Shown: positions 48,401-61,770, counted from the first letter of the stretch. The stretch is DNA of 64,000 nucleotides from Octopus bimaculoides (GCF_001194135.2 NC_069000.1:9299843-9363842); one strand, 5' to 3'. Program-made: numbers and translations. The notes: generated by a model not told the origin, from the letters alone.

Positions 48401-48819
48401 CTGATTTTAGTGAACATATAGAGATAACAATTGCTATTTATTGTGTGTGTGTGTGTGTGTGCGTGCACACACACAAGCATGTGCTACTGTGAACGCAGTA
48501 TCTTTAAGTCATCATGTTTGTGAATCAAAAAGAAGCTAGTATGCAATATTACCTCAAAGCTGTATGCTTCTGAATGCACAATTTTCTTTCCTTTGTACAC
48601 TTGTAAAAACAAATGCACAATGGAAAAATATTGTGCACACACATGAGGTTTTCAATATGAAATCAAACTTGCTTTCATTGAAGGAAATAATCATTTAATT
48701 TCATAACATCATAAAAATACACATTTCAAGATACTGTGCATTTTCTTAGGTGATCAATATGGCATTTGAGCAATGGTTACTTACGCAAATATGCACATAT
48801 TTGCAAAAAAAGATAAAAT

Positions 48820-48957
48820 ATTACACACTTGTATACATACATACACACACACAGACATATATACAAACACACTCACACACAAATATTTACACATACACTC
48901 ATATACTTATATATACATTATATCCATACACACATGCATACATACACATATGGGCAT

Positions 48958-49031
<74 letters not shown>
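48820..49031. repeat. CA-rich low-complexity tract ending in a long pure (CA)n
   Basis: Direct reading. Confidence 0.95.
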
Positions 49032-49035
<4 letters not shown>

Positions 49036-49475
49036 TGATTAAGAAGTTCACTTCAGAACTATGTGGTTTAGGGTTTGTTCCTACTGCATGGACACTGTTG
49101 GGCAGAGTCTGCTGATATAGCAGTGAGTTAACTAATGCCTTGTGGCTGAAAATTGGTGGGATGAAGCCTGCCATGTGTATGTGTGTGTGTGAGTGATGTG
49201 TGAGTAAGCATATGTTTCCCCTTGAACGAAATAAAGAACGCTAATTGTAAACAAATTAACATTCTACAAATAGTGTCATTTGTTCATATCCTTAGTGAAA
49301 GTATATCCAATTATGCTACTGTTTCTTGTATGAAGTCCTAAATATTACCTAGATGGAAACACAAGAGAGTTGGCAACAGGAAGACCATCGAACCATAGAA
49401 AACTCTGCTTCAAGAAAGTTTCATCTGATCTGTGTGAGCATGGAAAAGTAGATGGTAAATGATGATGATAATGAT
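49032..49475 (+). mobile_element. SINE family A with tail type 2, degraded
   Basis: The head GCATGATTAAGAAGTTCACTTC..AACTATGTGGTTTAGGGTT...TTGGGCAGAGTC is followed by a (GT) linker. The tail is ATTACCTAGATGGAAAC...GGCAACAGGAAGACCATC...GAGCATGGAAAAGTAGATGGTAAATGATGATG. Confidence 0.65.
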
Positions 49476-49709
49476 TACAACAAAGACACCATTTGGGAAA
49501 ATACTTCAGCAGTTAAACAAATGTATAACTCTCAAAGATATTTATTTATATAAAACTACACACACACAAACACACACGCAATACACACACATGTACATAT
49601 ACATATACACATGTAAACATGTGTTTACATGTATTCTCACACACACATGCACACACAAGTATCTATGTGTGCACATGTATACATACATACACCCCTGCAT
49701 ATACATACA

Positions 49710-50050
49710 CAAAAACCTTGTCAACCATCCTTACTATTGTAACTAAAAGCAGAACAATTGTCTCTGATGCTCTAAATCTTTTGAAAGGAATATTCCGAGG
49801 AGACAGACTGTCTGTGATTCTGTTTATTTTGGCTCTAAATCCACTGTAATTTCTTTTACAAAACTAAAGTGGTTTTGTGCTAAGGCCTACAACAGCAAGA
49901 AACAAATGTAACCCATAATTTCTTTATTGTTGATAATGATCTACACTACTCTTATTGAGAAATGACTGGATTTAATAACAATGTTCTCGGCTGATATAGG
50001 GATGGAATCTGGCCAAAAGAAATGTTCATATTGGATGGTGGAGCATGAGA
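49710..50050 (+). mobile_element. R4/Dong-clade non-LTR reverse-transcriptase fragment
   Basis: LLKGIFRGDRLSVILFILALNPL (end of ORF 49619-49849) matches the GIFQGDSLS.LLF.LA.NPL motif. Downstream remnants are THNFFIVDND and ITMFSADIGMESGQKKC. Confidence 0.75.
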
Positions 50051-50544
50051 AAATTCATTTCTCAAAGCAAAGTTCTTTACATTAATAGCAGCCATCACTC
50101 AGCTGTTCCACATAATGAGTGCTGCAAATACACGAGTATTGCTGGAAATATACCTTATATAGAAGAACAAGAGTGGAGTGACCAAAGATTATTGCACCAG
50201 CTTTTAAAAATTTGGCAAGATGAGCTTTCCTCTTACACTGTTGTTATCAGCAGTGGTATGGTCACAGGCATGGAAATGGTAATTCAAGATGTTGCTGAAT
50301 GAGAAGAGAGCAGGGTAGAGAGAGATAATGAATCATATGTAAATTCAACAGGGGGACCAGCTACTGAAAATCACAGCTGTATGGTAGAAATGGTTGTTAA
50401 GAATAGGAAATCAGTGTCAGTGGTACCCAAGATGTCATCATTGTTAGCTATAAACTTTCACTTGCATTTGTGGTAAGTGCGATAACAAGTATCCCATATA
50501 TCCTGTTTCATTATCAGTGTTCTAAGTACATCACCAATCACAGC

Positions 50545-50760
50545 ATCACTGGTCCTCTAACAGGATTTTGACCATGTTTTTGGAAAAACCTTATGGTTTA
50601 TCATCTCATATATTGGGTTTCCAGCTGATAGCTTGGCGAACATGTCAATCTGGATGTTTCAGATAGTGCCCATCAGGCTGTAGCTGGGCTTCTTGCTATT
50701 TAGGTAGATTACTGGAATTTCACCAAAAAATTGCACATTTTCTGTATCTATTTAAATAAT
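50545..50760 (-). mobile_element. RTE/RTE-X ORF2 C-terminal fragment
   Basis: Minus-strand remnants GEIPVI...ARSP.LQ..GH..KHP..M...L..W.P...TWSKILLED resemble LYG.LP.IS..I..RRL.LAGH...LW.P. Confidence 0.45.
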
Positions 50761-51609
50761 AAAAGGACACATTAGGAAATGTAGTTCTACATAACTCTAA
50801 AAAGACAAGATTGCCACAGCTGATATGCATTTAATTATAGACTTGCTCAAGAAGGGCAGGCTTGAGTCTATGCAACAACAACCTATTATCTCACAGTTGA
50901 AAGTATTAGCTGTAAGGGGTATTGTACAACGGAGAAGTGATTTGGTAGTTTGAAGTACTGGGCTTTAAATCCACCATGGACTTAGAGAAACTATTTCATA
51001 CCAGACTGATGGATGTATTCCCCACTGAAGCCAATACATCAAATCACCCATTGGTAAATAACATTGATACAGACTTTCTAAAACAACAAATATCATTATG
51101 CACTATATATATCTTTTATTTCTATTCTATTATTAGTCCATATTTTGTACAATGTGCTGCTTTATAATTATTGTCAAAATAATGAAAATTGTTTCTAACA
51201 TTTCTGATAATAATATTATTATTTTTATGTGGGTATAAGACTACTAGATGTGAGAATGATAAGTTTTAATGCTTAAACCTTTTCCAAAGACATTATGAAT
51301 ATAATGAACTGATATTAGAATCAAAATCAATCCATAGATATAGCTTGCCAGGAGCCTATCTCTAAATATGGTGTATGCTGCACACAACAGTTATAATAAT
51401 GATTTCTTACATTGACATGAGATCTGGTTATAGATTTATTGACAATGGGTAAAGATCAATTGAATCAATACAAATATACTACTGGTTCTTGTTTTATCAA
51501 CTTTAAAATATTTAAAGATAAAGTTGATATTGATAGAATTTCAAATCTAAATATACATATGGATTAATTTAAGTATAATTAGGTTTAGGTAACTCCATTA
51601 ATAATAATT

Positions 51610-51815
51610 TCTCATAGGCACAAGACCTTAAATTTAAAAGAAGGGTAAAGGCAATATTATTGTGTCCAGTACTTGGCTAATATTTAATTTATTGACCTAG
51701 TAACAAAGACAAGCTTATCTTCAAAGAGATTTACACTTAGAACATAAAGAGACAACTAAATACCTAAAGACATTTTATCTGTCCTTCTACCAAATCTGCT
51801 AATCCAAAGCAATAA
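51610..51815 (-). mobile_element. SINE family B, degraded
   Basis: CATAGGCACAAGACCTTAAATTT...GTCCAGTACTTGGC...TTTATTGACC...GAGATTTACACTTAGAACATAAAG...CATTTTATCTG. Confidence 0.55.
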
Positions 51816-52949
51816 TATCAATTTCTTTCTTACATGTTTGAGATTCTGTGGGGAGTTATATTAATGGTATTCTTAAGAAACACTAGTAACATCAAGTGAA
51901 ATTAAATAATAACATTAACAACAATGGCAACAAAAATAATATAAAAATATCTTGTGATAATAAATTAAAATACAAATAGGTGGCTGAAAATTAAAAAGAT
52001 CAGAGACAAGAAAACATATAAAAATAAATACAACTTTGAATTATGAAATATATTCCATAAAAGTAAACATCTTTATCACAATAACACTCCTATATCCAGG
52101 CATAAATAACCAAAACAAACACAAGTACACACACACACTCCTGCTCCCTCTCTATCTCATTCAGTATATATGTGTGCATCAATGTATGTGTGTACATTGA
52201 TACTTGCATGTAGAACAAATTTGACCACACTTTGCAAAAGGACTAAACACCAATGAATTACATAATAGCAAGTGAATTACATGATATAATAATTGAAAGT
52301 CTATATATTGCGCATGTACATCTGTTACTCTCAAAAAATGAGAGGTTATCACGCACCATGATAACCTGTCATATTTAGATAGAAGCAGATGGTTTTATGT
52401 AGCATTTTAAAAATTTAACTATTCTATATTATGTGTCAATGTTTATGAGTGTGAATATGTATGTATGTGCATATGTGAATACATCTGTGCATATGTATGT
52501 GTAGCTAAATAGTGAGAGAGAGAGAGTGGGGGAGATAAGAATGGTGTACATACAGATATTCATGTGCATACTTTCATACAAATTTAATTACAAGTCTTTC
52601 AGGGAATGTTAAGTTAAGAAAACATTTAAAAAAAAATATACTGGAATCAAAGAAATGTGCTGGCATGTGTAATTTAATAAAGATGAAGAAAAAAAAGAAG
52701 AAAAAGCATTTTTCAATAAGATGTTTCCACAATCAATTTGATGCACATCTATTTATAGAAATACCATTAATACTTTCAATCAAATGTTAAAAGCCATTAT
52801 TTCATATGAAGACAGAAAAATGTTATTGCTAGATGTTTGCCATGCATTATTAACAAGTTGAAACTGTTCTAAAACAAGAGTTATATATCAAAGTGAAATT
52901 AGAAAAATCAAAATTTTAAAAAAAAGGAAGGAAGAAAGAAAATCAATTT

Positions 52950-53800
52950 AACGAAAATAAAAGTTTATAAAATATATTTGAAAATGTTTAATTAAGCTGT
53001 TTCACAGATTAGTTGCAATTTTTTTCATGGAGATATTGGAAATAAACCAAAGAAAAATATTCTGTCAGTTTAACCTTTATAACAACCACCAACATGCAAG
53101 AAGATAGGGTTGAAATAAAAAGGTTGAGCTCCTTTTTTACATATTTTTTTAAGGCTAATTAGGATCTAGCTGCAATTAACAATATGTAAAAAAATATATT
53201 TTCAATTAATATGTTAACATTTTTTTTTGCTGATATCAATTAAGACTAAACTTGAGATAATTATTAAAATATTTTCCCAGAAAACTAATTAGATACTTTC
53301 TAATTTAAATATTAATCTGCTTGGCAATAGCTGCTCTTCCTGAACAAATTTCTTAAATGGTCCAAATTCAAAGGGAAATCTCACAAACTTAGAACAAGAA
53401 TTTTCATTGTAATCTAATATACAGAATCAAATTATAATTTCTTAAAAGGTCAGTAACTTTAAGGCTAAGTTCACAATAACCTGTATCATATTTTCATAGC
53501 CTTTCATTAACATCTGTGAAACAGGGGCTACTTAGTCAAATTAAAAGTCTAATGTTATTGATGTTACTAATGAAGTAATGCTGAAACTCTTGAGAATTCA
53601 ATTAACTTACAAGATATATGCTTTTACAACTGATCTAGTAATGAATTTTCTTAAGATGCTTTGATGTAACTATCACTTCTGCTATGTTGATTATGTGTCA
53701 GTAAATCTGCAATCATTCTTGGAAACTCAAGGCTAATGAAGACATCACTAACCCATCAGATATTCAATGTTTTTGAAAATCAGCAATTCAACTAACATGG
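52950..53800 (-). mobile_element. Possible very old Tc1/mariner (rosa/maT-like) transposase relic
   Basis: Scattered minus-strand remnants (KFITRSV near 53650, SPCF near 53525, IFLW near 53045) occur in transposase order. It is highly degraded. Confidence 0.3.
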
Positions 53801-54559
53801 TTTCAATCACCTTTATAATTTGTATCAGTTAATTTAGCTCATAGAAAATATAAACAGCATAATACTTCTTTTCTATCTGGCTTCACTGACCATAACTCTT
53901 GCTCACACTCAAAAGTAAAATTATTGTAATATTCCATTTAATAAAGAGCTTTAAGTAGGAAGAAATAAAAAAAAAATTTTAAATGCAAAATTTTATCCTC
54001 AACATAAATAAATAAGCCCTTTGATATAACATTTTAAAATTGAATTCTAAATTTTGATGCTACTTCAATTCACTCCAGCAAATTTTCTCTTAAATTTTAA
54101 TTGCACTATTAGTGACAAACATTAAGAGAGTAATTATTCCACATGCAGTTGCTGGTTTCCTTAGATAATTACTAGCAACTTCACAATTGTCAATATCAAA
54201 TGACAAGTAAGATGCTTCTGAGATTGACAATGTATCTAATGCTATGATATTCTTATCTAACACTTGAGATAAATTTCAGTTTGACTATTTATTTAGCCTA
54301 ACCTTTCTTTTGTGAGCCTTTCTTTTACCAAGAAATTATTGACCCTAATAATAAGAAGCCATCATTCTCTAAGATGCAAGAATCCAAAATCCACAGGTGT
54401 TCACAAAATAATATCTGAATTGAACAGACAAGAACCTACGATGAATATTATAATATAAAACTAAATTGAAGGGCTAAAAATATAGCACCTTCAATATAGC
54501 TTATACCAGTAATGTTATACACAAAATACTTCTCAAATCCTACATGATCATTATTTTTG

Positions 54560-54900
54560 TAGTTAATACTTATCCATGTTAAATCATATAAATTGCTTTG
54601 GTACTTTAAAAGCTGGGACTAATGATATTTTAAGCAGCCCAAATATTGTTGTATTCATGAACATGACAATGTCTCCTATTAACTAATAATCTGTTAATAT
54701 CTTTGCACAATTGCTTCATTCCAACTAGTCCAACCTTATTGTTGTTACTAATAAATGAATGTAATGATCTGCTGTGAAGTTCTTGTCAAATAATTGATTA
54801 TCCAATATTCACTCAAAGCTGTCTCTTACATCACCAATACCTTTGTTACAACTTTCAACTTCTATCATAAATTTAGGAACAATATATCATAAAACTTTAT
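54560..54900 (-). mobile_element. Possible RTE-type endonuclease fragment
   Basis: Minus-strand KVLVM followed by a degraded GDFN segment and SNNNKVGL. The match is weak. Confidence 0.3.
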
Positions 54901-55156
54901 GCTGAAGGCTTTCAGGTTACCAACAATATTAATAATTTTTATACAGATTACACACACACATATAGTATAAATACACATTGGTGAAATATGATGAAATATG
55001 GTGGAATATGAAAAAAGAATACTCAATACAAAAAAAATAATGATATAATATTATTTATTTGAAGTTGAAGCAGTTTATATATAAATCCATATTCAATAGT
55101 GTGATTGTGAAGGTGTAGCTTCTGACACTATATATATATGTATATACTATATATAT

Positions 55157-55727
55157 NNNNNNNNNNNNNNNNNNNNNNNNNNNNNNNNNNNNNNNNNNNN
55201 NNNNNNNNNNNNNNNNNNNNNNNNNNNNNNNNNNNNNNNNNNNNNNNNNNNNNNNNNNNNNNNNNNNNNNNNNNNNNNNNNNNNNNNNNNNNNNNNNNNN
55301 NNNNNNNNNNNNNNNNNNNNNNNNNNNNNNNNNNNNNNNNNNNNNNNNNNNNNNNNNNNNNNNNNNNNNNNNNNNNNNNNNNNNNNNNNNNNNNNNNNNN
55401 NNNNNNNNNNNNNNNNNNNNNNNNNNNNNNNNNNNNNNNNNNNNNNNNNNNNNNNNNNNNNNNNNNNNNNNNNNNNNNNNNNNNNNNNNNNNNNNNNNNN
55501 NNNNNNNNNNNNNNNNNNNNNNNNNNNNNNNNNNNNNNNNNNNNNNNNNNNNNNNNNNNNNNNNNNNNNNNNNNNNNNNNNNNNNNNNNNNNNNNNNNNN
55601 NNNNNNNNNNNNNNNNNNNNNNNNNNNNNNNNNNNNNNNNNNNNNNNNNNNNNNNNNNNNNNNNNNNNNNNNNNNNNNNNNNNNNNNNNNNNNNNNNNNN
55701 NNNNNNNNNNNNNNNNNNNNNNNNNNN
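55157..55727. other. Assembly gap (N run)
   Basis: Run of N between (TA)n tracts. Confidence 1.
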
Positions 55728-55794
55728 ATATATATATGTATATATATACACACACATACATACTGTGTTGTGTCTGTGTATGAGTAATACATAT

Positions 55795-55840
<46 letters not shown>

Positions 55841-56099
55841 GCACATACAATGTTGTGAGTGTTGTGAGTGGGGTATATACATACATACATACTTAGATGC
55901 ATGCCAATACAGAATAGAATGAATATAGTACTAGATTCTCATCTGACGGCTCATATGACTCCTTCATCATCTATTTTCTAGGTAATTTCTCAAAACCTAA
56001 TAATGATTATATTTTGCAGTTTTAGAAAATTAGCTAGTTAATTATAGAAGCTATTAATGTTGATGCTTTGGAAATGATACGGGAATTATTATTAATTTT

Positions 56100-56199
56100 C
56101 AATAACAATAATAACATTAATAATTATAATAATTGATATTATTATTATCACTACTACTACTGTTGTTGTTGATACTGCTGTAGCTGTTGCTGTTGCTGC

Positions 56200-56239
<40 letters not shown>

Positions 56240-56240
56240 T
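56100..56240. repeat. Compound trinucleotide microsatellite (AAT/ATT/ACT/GTT/GCT/ATT)
   Basis: Read directly from the sequence, ending in a long pure (ATT)n. Confidence 0.95.
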
Positions 56241-56769
56241 TAAATAAACTATTTTAATAGCTATTCTGCAAAAGATTGCTGTTCATAAACATATGTTATT
56301 GGCAAACAGGAAATATTGATTAAAGTGCCCACTAGAGAAAAGTACTGTTTCCTCTCAACCCAACCTCTTCATTCATTCCCCATCATTAAACACATACATG
56401 CAAACACTCACACACGTAAAATCATTCATGATATACATAAATGAATATATTAACAGAAATCAAGTCATAAATACCTACTTAACTGATGTGGCATTCAGTA
56501 GAAATAATTGAAAACAACCAAGCAAACTGTATTCCTATCAAATATTGTTTTATAGTAACTGTTTACAGAGTGATAATAAACTTCTCAGTTGGCAATAGGT
56601 TTTTGTCAAGTGAGTCTGATTAAATCATTTTCATCATCTAAATTATCAAAACCCAATAACACACACACAAACATAAATAGTGGAAACTTTTATGGAATTG
56701 AAATTTATGCCAGTGCTATATTGCCTTTGAAATAGATTTGTTTACATAAGTACTTCAAATTAAGTATAT

Positions 56770-56911
56770 TTATATATACATACATTCATATATATACATA
56801 CATACATACATATATATACATACATACATACATATATATACATACATACATACATATATATACATACATACATACATATATATACATACATACATACATA
56901 TATATACATAC

Positions 56912-56968
<57 letters not shown>
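56770..56968. repeat. Higher-order repeat [(CATA)4(TA)3]n, 22-bp unit, about 6 copies, ending in (TA)n
   Basis: Read directly. The conceptual translation has a 22-aa period (3 x 22 nt). Confidence 0.95.
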
Positions 56969-56970
<2 letters not shown>

Positions 56971-56974
56971 ACAA

Positions 56975-57110
56975 TATTGTAACACCTACTGCCAGAGGCA
57001 CCCATTCTTGCAACACCTGTACAAATGAGTGCAAGTCCCTAGCAAGGCTGAAAAGCTACATCCTTGCTCCTCATTTTTAAGAGAATGATAAAGTGATGGC
57101 ATTTCCTCAC
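56975..57110 (+). mobile_element. RTE-BovB-like ORF2 extreme C-terminus
   Basis: Translates [27 protein letters not shown], resembling the C..C.R.C.S..GL.SH.R terminal motif. Confidence 0.55.
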
Positions 57111-60100
57111 ACCTTTAAAATAAGAAAATCTTAATTATCAAAACTTAACCTAATATTTTGGGATCAACTGCAAATGACATTTATGCTACAGTTGTAACAA
57201 ACATTGTACCTGATATATTTAAACACCTTGAAGACATAAAGGGAGAAAACTGATATTCTCCACAAAACTGTTTGTCTTTATTGTAATAAATGCTGTTCAA
57301 AAATTTTAAATTTAAATTGTAGACCTCACATAAGTGTTCCATTGTTTTTTTTATAAGAATTCAGTTGCTACGCTGATTGCCATAAGCATATATGTAGCAG
57401 CTCTACTATTTTCTAATTTCAATTTAGAATTTATGGCTACCAAAAAAAGAAGAAAAAAATTGATAATTACTAAAAGCAGTTTTTTTGTATCAGTTTACAA
57501 ATGATTACTAAAGCAGATTTCAATACAAAATAAGAAGAAAGTAATAATTTGCTGTATTGTAATTAAATAACTAAAATATCTATTTATTTCTATAAATGAA
57601 CCTTGTTACATCTTAGGTGTATTGAATTAATCATATGGTAAGAGGCTTATTGATGTATTGCCAGACTTGAGTACTTCAAAGAACAGGCACTGAGTCCTGT
57701 CTGTAAAACTACTCTCTCATAGACTCAAATAGTAAAGTTGATTTTTCTGAGACTTTTCGCAATTATGGAATCCATTTTATTGGATTCAGGCCTGTTTTTC
57801 AAGAACCCTACATTGGCACTGATACAATAATCTTCCAGCACACAAACGGTTATCACACACATGGCTACTTAAAAAACAATAATATTTCCTTAATAACTTG
57901 TGAATATATCATGCAACTTGAGACATAAGCCAAAAACCTGTCTGAAACTAATTACTTTAGAATTATGTTCCTTGTAAGGATTTAACTAGGGAAGTCTACA
58001 AAATAGGATATGAACACCTCTTGAACCAAATCAAAAAAGCCAGATTTTTATTTGCAGTTACAGTAATATTACTTCAATTTCAACCTTCATGTTACAACCT
58101 GAATGTCAAAACTTCACATTTCCAGCTCCAATATCAGTAAAATAAATAAATATCCCACAGATGAATACCTATGATTAAAAATTGTGAAAGAATTTAATAT
58201 GAATAGTAAAATATTGATTGACTTATATGACAATGCTAAATCAGAAGCTAAGAAAATCAATATCTATCTTTTAGAAGATCTAACTCAGATGACCAATACT
58301 ATATACTCTTTCTAAACTAGTAATAGTATTGCTTTTACTATTATTCTCACTTGCTCTCCTCCCTTCCTATTGTCATTAAAATCACCTAGTTAGAGGAAAG
58401 AGTCTAACATATGTCAAGACTATAGAAAATCTATCTTTGTAATTTCAACAGCACTTCTTTTGTAAATATTTTACATTGTGTGATAAATGAAATCCAGCTG
58501 CACTAAATATACCATCATTGTATTACTGCTTCTGTTCTGAGTTATTTTGGTAACTTAAATATTCTGAAATCATGCTTTTTTCCTAACAACTTCACTCAAT
58601 TATTTCAATCTGATTTTGTATAAAACTGTATTCTAGCAACCAGCCAGTTCTTAGTTTCTTTGGTTTTATGAAATTTTAATCTCACAGGAACAAAGACATT
58701 TCAAGACATTTGCTAAATCAAAGAATATAATTTTTCCTAACACTTCCCCAAAATGTTCAAAAGAGATCATAAACTGATTACTGTCTACACTGATTTTTTC
58801 AAGAAAAGTTTGATCTCTGATCAGAAATATTAGACAATTGTCTGCACAGAATACATTTACAACTTTTCTATTCTGACATATTGCAGCATAGAAGCCAATA
58901 ACTTAAAAATCATAGCTTCATATGTTAAACCATTGCAGTCTGATCCAGTATGAATTACATCCTAATCTAAATATTCACATCTAGATCAAAATCTAACAAA
59001 TATTCGTTTTGATCAATATAAAATTTAGATGAATTGCCTTACTTTCTTAATACATACCAACTAACTCTTAATTATTCTTATCTGATGAATGTGATATAAA
59101 GCAAGAGACAAAGACACAGTGAGCCAAACCTGCAATGCTTGGTTTGAAGTCAATTTTATTTCTCTTTTGTTACTATGTCTCTAATTTTGTGTCTTATAAA
59201 AAAAATAAAGACAGTAATTCTTAATCAGTTTAATATCTTTAGGAATATCCAAAAGAAATAGAAAGAAAAATAGAAAAAGTGAAACAAATAGCTAAGAAAA
59301 TATGTGAATTCAAAAGTTTCATGAGTTATTATGAAATATATGATGTACATCTGGGACATCTCCAAAGTTTAACTCTGTATGAATCAGTAAAAGATGAAAG
59401 TTTTTTTTACCTTATCTCTTAACAATATTATAGGGTATCATGATGATGAAAAGTTGGGAAGTTTAACTGGTAAATGCCTTTGACTAGAATTTAAGAAATA
59501 CAAATAGTATTATCACTGTAGATCTTTAAATAGTAATGGTGGAATTTGTTGTAGCTATGATATGATGATGGTCGCTGTAGTGTTGCAACTACTGCAGTTG
59601 CTGCTCATCATCATCATCATTATTATTACTCTTATTATTATTATTTAAGATTCCAGGCTTTTAAGAGTTAGCATGTCTGCAAAATGCCACATCTTCAGAT
59701 TTTATTTCTGCATCTGTTCTCCAAGCCAATAGGAAAGTTGGAATAGTGAAAGTTTATAGGATCATCTTTGAATAAATGAAGATACTCAGTTATTTGCTAT
59801 CATACAGTCTGGATTTTGGATCCTGCTGCATCACATTGTGTTCAAGTATCTTCAACCGTAACCATCTCTGACTGAAATCTTAGGAGTAGAAATTGTGTAG
59901 AAACCTGTTAGGTAAATGATAGTGATGATGATGATGAGGAGGAGGAGGAGGAGGAAAACCAACATGAACAATGAAATGGTTAAATTCACAAGTTAATACA
60001 TTTTATATATGCTGGTATATGCTGGTAAATCTTTGTACATTTGTAGAGAAGATGTAAACATAGAGATGCCTAAACACCAGTTTTTAACCATTAATTTGAT

Positions 60101-60954
60101 CATTGTCAGTTGAGGGACTTGTGAACAAATTGTTTTACAGTCGGTGTACATCATACCTTCACATCAAAGAGTGAAGCCGTCTAACATAGCGATAGAATTT
60201 ATTGGGTTTGTAAGGAGGAAATATTAGACAATAACAAAAGGCTAATTGGTGGAGAGATGAAGACAAATTATTAGTTAGGAGGTGTTAAATGGCATAATTA
60301 ATATAACTACTTAAGAGCCACTTTGCATACTACATACTTAAGGACAATACATCTTTACATTCTAATAATTGTTTTTAAGTATTTTTTAATTATAAACAAG
60401 TATTGTATGGTTTTGGTGTTTTATGTATTATTTTACGTACCTCTTTTTAAATTGGTATGTTTCTCTAGTTTCCAGAGATCCTCATTATACAAATATGCAG
60501 TAATTGCTGTAGTGTGTGTATACGTAATTGAACAATTTGGGTAAGGAGAAGGTCGTCTATGAAGTGCAGCTGCTATTTTCATGCGGTTGGTTTGACAACT
60601 TTTATGTCAACAAATGGCATTGTTAATAAGAATGTTGAAACTTTATAAATTAGTTATAATGAAGGGTAATGAGAGTTATCATAGTTAAATTTATTGATAA
60701 GCGATGCAAAACACTTATCAATAAGAGTATTAAGATAGTTATTCAAGAGTTTTGTCTAATTTGCTTTATTTCTACAGTCAGTTATACAAGAACATATTTA
60801 GCCTTTCTATGGTAGGCATTTTAAGTAGAAAATAATTTCCCTGTTCTTATCACTGCATGTGTCTTAGAACATTTAGTACACATAAAAGTAGTAAATTCCT
60901 TAATGTACAATTCTTGAGGCTTGAAAACCCAATTTAATACATACTTCATGCATG

Positions 60955-60992
60955 CTCTCTCTCTCTCTCCCTCTCTCTCCCTCTCTCACTCG

Positions 60993-61052
<60 letters not shown>
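60955..61052. repeat. Compound (CT)n-(CA)n microsatellite
   Basis: Direct reading. Confidence 0.98.
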
Positions 61053-61054
<2 letters not shown>

Positions 61055-61464
61055 TATCATATAGTGAGGCATGTAATTTGTATATAGAGCTAATATATTT
61101 ATCATCAGATTCAACTAAATCAAAAAGGTGACTTCGAACATGACAATCCAGAGTGCTGATGGAGGGGATAAGGAAATTCGAATCTTCAAAATATATCCAA
61201 GATTAAGTATTAATGATGTAAATGAACTGGCCTCAATTGGATATTTTCCTTTTGTGTGTGGTTAGCCAAGCATTCATGTACAGTCTGCAACATATGAATA
61301 TGTTGAGCTACATGTGTGTGTGTGTGGTATGCTCCCCAAGTGCACAAGAGAAAATATGTGTTGTTGTTGTTGTTGTTACTTAGCCTTTGTTCAGTTTCAC
61401 TCAAAAGAGATTCATTCCAATTCCATCTTTTTTTTTCTCTCTGAGACATAGTGTATCCAAGATT

Positions 61465-61770
61465 CCACCACAAGGAGTGTGGTGGCTTGTGTACTACAAT
61501 GGCCATGGGAGCTATGCCAGCAGAACAAAAAATTCTGGTAGAGGGATTCCCATAGTGGACAGGTTAAAGGGTAGAGGCAAGACTAATATGGACCACCTCT
61601 TCCCAGAAGTAAAAATGGGTTTGTGTAGAGCTAACACCCTTACCTAGAAAAAAGTTACAGAAACATTGATGACAGTTCAAAGCAAACAAGACCAGGGCCA
61701 AGAACAGTGGAGAAAAGTAATCAAGGGCCTATGCTCCATAGGGAGTGAAAGGCTTAAGTAAATAAGTATC
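61465..61770 (+). mobile_element. Short bipartite RTE derivative (5' leader fused to 3' end)
   Basis: The 5' part GTGGTGGCTTGTGTAC...GGAGCTATGCCAGCAG...CTGGTAGAGGGATTCCCATAG..GACAGGTTAAAGGGTAGAGGCAAGACTAA...GCTAACACCCTTACCTAGAAAAAAGTTACAGAAAC resembles RTE leaders. The 3' part GGCCAAGAACAG..TGGAGAAAA...GGCCTATGCTCCATAGGGAGTGAAAGGCTTAAGTAAATAAGTA resembles an RTE 3' end with a (TAAG)n-type tail. Confidence 0.65.

Noticed and set aside
31110-55902. Long ORFs of 92-275 aa containing X runs
   Set aside because: They are open only because they span N gaps.
57640-57860. Minus-strand AGRLLYQ... resembling a Helitron Rep segment
   Set aside because: The similarity is limited to a few residues and not sustained.
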